DNA from: Podarcis melisellensis
Lineage: Eukaryota
Strand: one strand, 5' to 3'
Length of the DNA stretch: 64,000 nt
NCBI GenBank assembly: GCA_964234715.1
Contig: OZ174282.1
In this document: positions 62,082 through 64,000 of the stretch, in pieces
Layout: each line of letters starts with the position of its first letter
Position numbering within the stretch: the stretch's first letter is position 1
The notes under the pieces: generated by a model
The model's database searches: none
The model's input: only the letters and a program-made list of their open reading frames with translations
Told to the model about the DNA's origin: nothing
Made by a program: the position numbers and the translations under genes

Positions 62082-62293
62082 GGCCATTTCCCCCAAACCA
62101 CACCCACTTATCAGTAGTTTCACAGACAACCTCAGTTCCCAGGGAACTCTGTAAGCTCTACAGGGGGAAGAGGGAGTCTCCCAACAACACTCAGCCCCTT
62201 TAACAAATGACAATTCCCAGGATTCTTTGGGGGAAGCCATGACTGTTTATAGAGTGGTATGAAGCTTCTTTAAATGTATAGCACAGATGGGCC
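62082..62293. mobile_element. Harbinger-like MITE
   Basis: GGCC...GGCC ends; shared core CCCAGGATTCTTTGGGGGAAGCCATG also at about 50560. Confidence 0.55.
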
Positions 62294-64000
62294 ATCAGTC
62301 AAGACCAGGTGGAATATCAAGAAGATAGGAGGGGTAGGGAATCTCTTCCCCCATGGGCAACCTTCTGAAGGTCGCATGCCAACAGTGGGAGGGGCCAGAG
62401 GAAAAATTAGGTGAAGTAATGGATGTGGCACATACCTTTGTGCAGTAGGCTGTATTTCAGGCATGCAAGATCTAAAGGCGCTCTCTCTCCTTCTCTCTCA
62501 CACACACAGTCTCTCCATTCTCCAGATTCATTCAGCCCCTGCTCCTGAGGGTCTCCACCTCTGCTATGTAGACATAGACCTGCTGCGCTTTGAAGCCCAG
62601 CAGCTTGTGAATTTCAATGGAATGTGTATCAATGTTGTACGGGAGCAATGGCAGCTGTGTTTTCCCCAACCTTTCTTTTATTTTTAAAAAAGATAATTAA
62701 AACCCACTTTTTTACAGTGTCTGCTAACCCACCAAGGTAAGTCAAAGGCCTGGAGTGAACTACAACTAGACGGAGCCTCTTTATTTGCCTGGATGGCTTA
62801 ATACACTGCAGAAGCTGAGGTCATCCCAGCCTTTCAATCATACTGCAAACACGGCGCTGACAGTTGCAGCAGAAAATGGTGCTGTTAAACATGCAAAACG
62901 TGCCAAGTTCCAGTTCCCGACGAGGTGATCGCTTCAGGAGTGAAGATGGCTGCATGACTCGTGTGCAGAAATATGCGACATTTCTTTGGATTCTTTCTCC
63001 CTCTCGCTGGCTTATGATGACTCACACCACTCAATTTCCTGCTTTTTCAAGCCAACCTAGAGCCTGTTTCAAGAGGGAGTAAAAAGTATTCATTAATACA
63101 ATTAGCATTCTAGTCAGATCTTTGTTGTACTTGGAAAGAGCTGGCTGTCCATGCTTGGCATCTGAACGTCTAAATCGGCTCCTGTCTTGGCGACCCGTCT
63201 TCCCATCTCAGGGGCTTCTGTTGCTCCTCCCATCCACCTATCCATGCCAAAAGGCTTCCCTTTTCTCGGTTCCCTGGAAACATCTATTTCCTCCACACTT
63301 CCTTGGCCCAGCCTTCAAGGGTGATCCAATCTTCTGTGTTCATACTTTAAAAACAACAACCAACAAATTGTGTTTATTATTATTCCGCACACCCCCATGG
63401 GATTTGTGAATGGCTGCCTTATCTGTTTGGTTTGGCATTGTGCTTTTATTACTTGGCCATTTTGCTCTGCAGTGCCTCTGTATTGCATTGCCTGCCTTTC
63501 GAAGCAAGTATGAATTTCCAGGATACAATCTCAGTACATGATGCCTTTAGGACAGGAATGGGGAAACCCTGTGACCCTCTGGCAGTGTTGTCAGGATTAG
63601 GTTTGGGTCGACAGACCTTGATTCAGGAGGAGGAGGAAGAAGGAATAGAGAGGAGAGCTGATTGGTGGGAACTAATGGGGGGCTCTCCCCCTTGTGCCCC
63701 AATGTCAGCTGTGTTGGAAGGGGCAGCAGTGATGCTGGCTCTTCTCCCTGACCCACACTCCACCCCCATCACAGCATGGAGTCTCCATGGAGATTAGGAA
63801 GGCCTGTGAGCAGCCGCGGGGGAAGGCAACACATTGGCACAGATCAGGAGCCTGAACAAGAGGGTGCTGTATTGACATCTAGAACCAGGTGCTGCCTTCA
63901 CCCTGGAAGAGCATGCATTTCCAACCCTTACATGCTCAGAGGACTTATTCACATTTGCCTTGTGTCCTTCATTTTCCAGGCACAGGTCCGCACTTTAAAG

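Noticed and set aside
62718-62736. 19-nt plus-strand microexon (TTTTTTACAG|...AAG|GTAAGT)
   Set aside because: It does not preserve frame, has a short pyrimidine tract, lies on the opposite strand to the better candidate, and is expected by chance. Only RNA-seq could rescue it.
1-64000. ORF track entries as host protein-coding genes
   Set aside because: All are short (at most 147 aa), overlap in conflicting frames, and are low-complexity or TE-derived; none shows a recognisable host domain or multi-exon structure.

Overview
This is non-coding vertebrate genomic DNA, most likely from a squamate (probably lacertid) lizard; that is inferred from its repeat content. The repeats include CR1 LINE 3' ends, L2 fragments, a BovB fragment, tRNA-derived SINEs (MIR/Ther1-like and CR1-tailed), and many Tc1/mariner (Tigger- and Tc2-type), hAT and Harbinger-like MITEs. 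No host protein-coding ORF, RNA gene, CRISPR array or prokaryotic system is supported. The only ORFs with recognisable protein motifs are decayed CR1, L2, BovB and possibly ERV-L gag pieces. Between the repeats lie long repeat-free, TAAT-rich blocks that look like conserved non-coding elements, so the window resembles a large intron or gene desert of a developmental or neural locus. The best leads are: a candidate 9-nt frame-preserving microexon on the minus strand (47066-47074); a hAT MITE with a perfect 8-bp TSD carrying a BovB fragment (45753-46335); an OposCharlie1/OC1-like MITE (51123-51378); a possible ERV-L gag relic (about 32200-32460); a CpG-rich LTR/Ngaro-like terminal repeat (about 38111-38841); and three head-to-head CR1 3'-end pairs. 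Family names come from my recall of consensus features, not from database searches. There is an assembly gap at 8068-8211.
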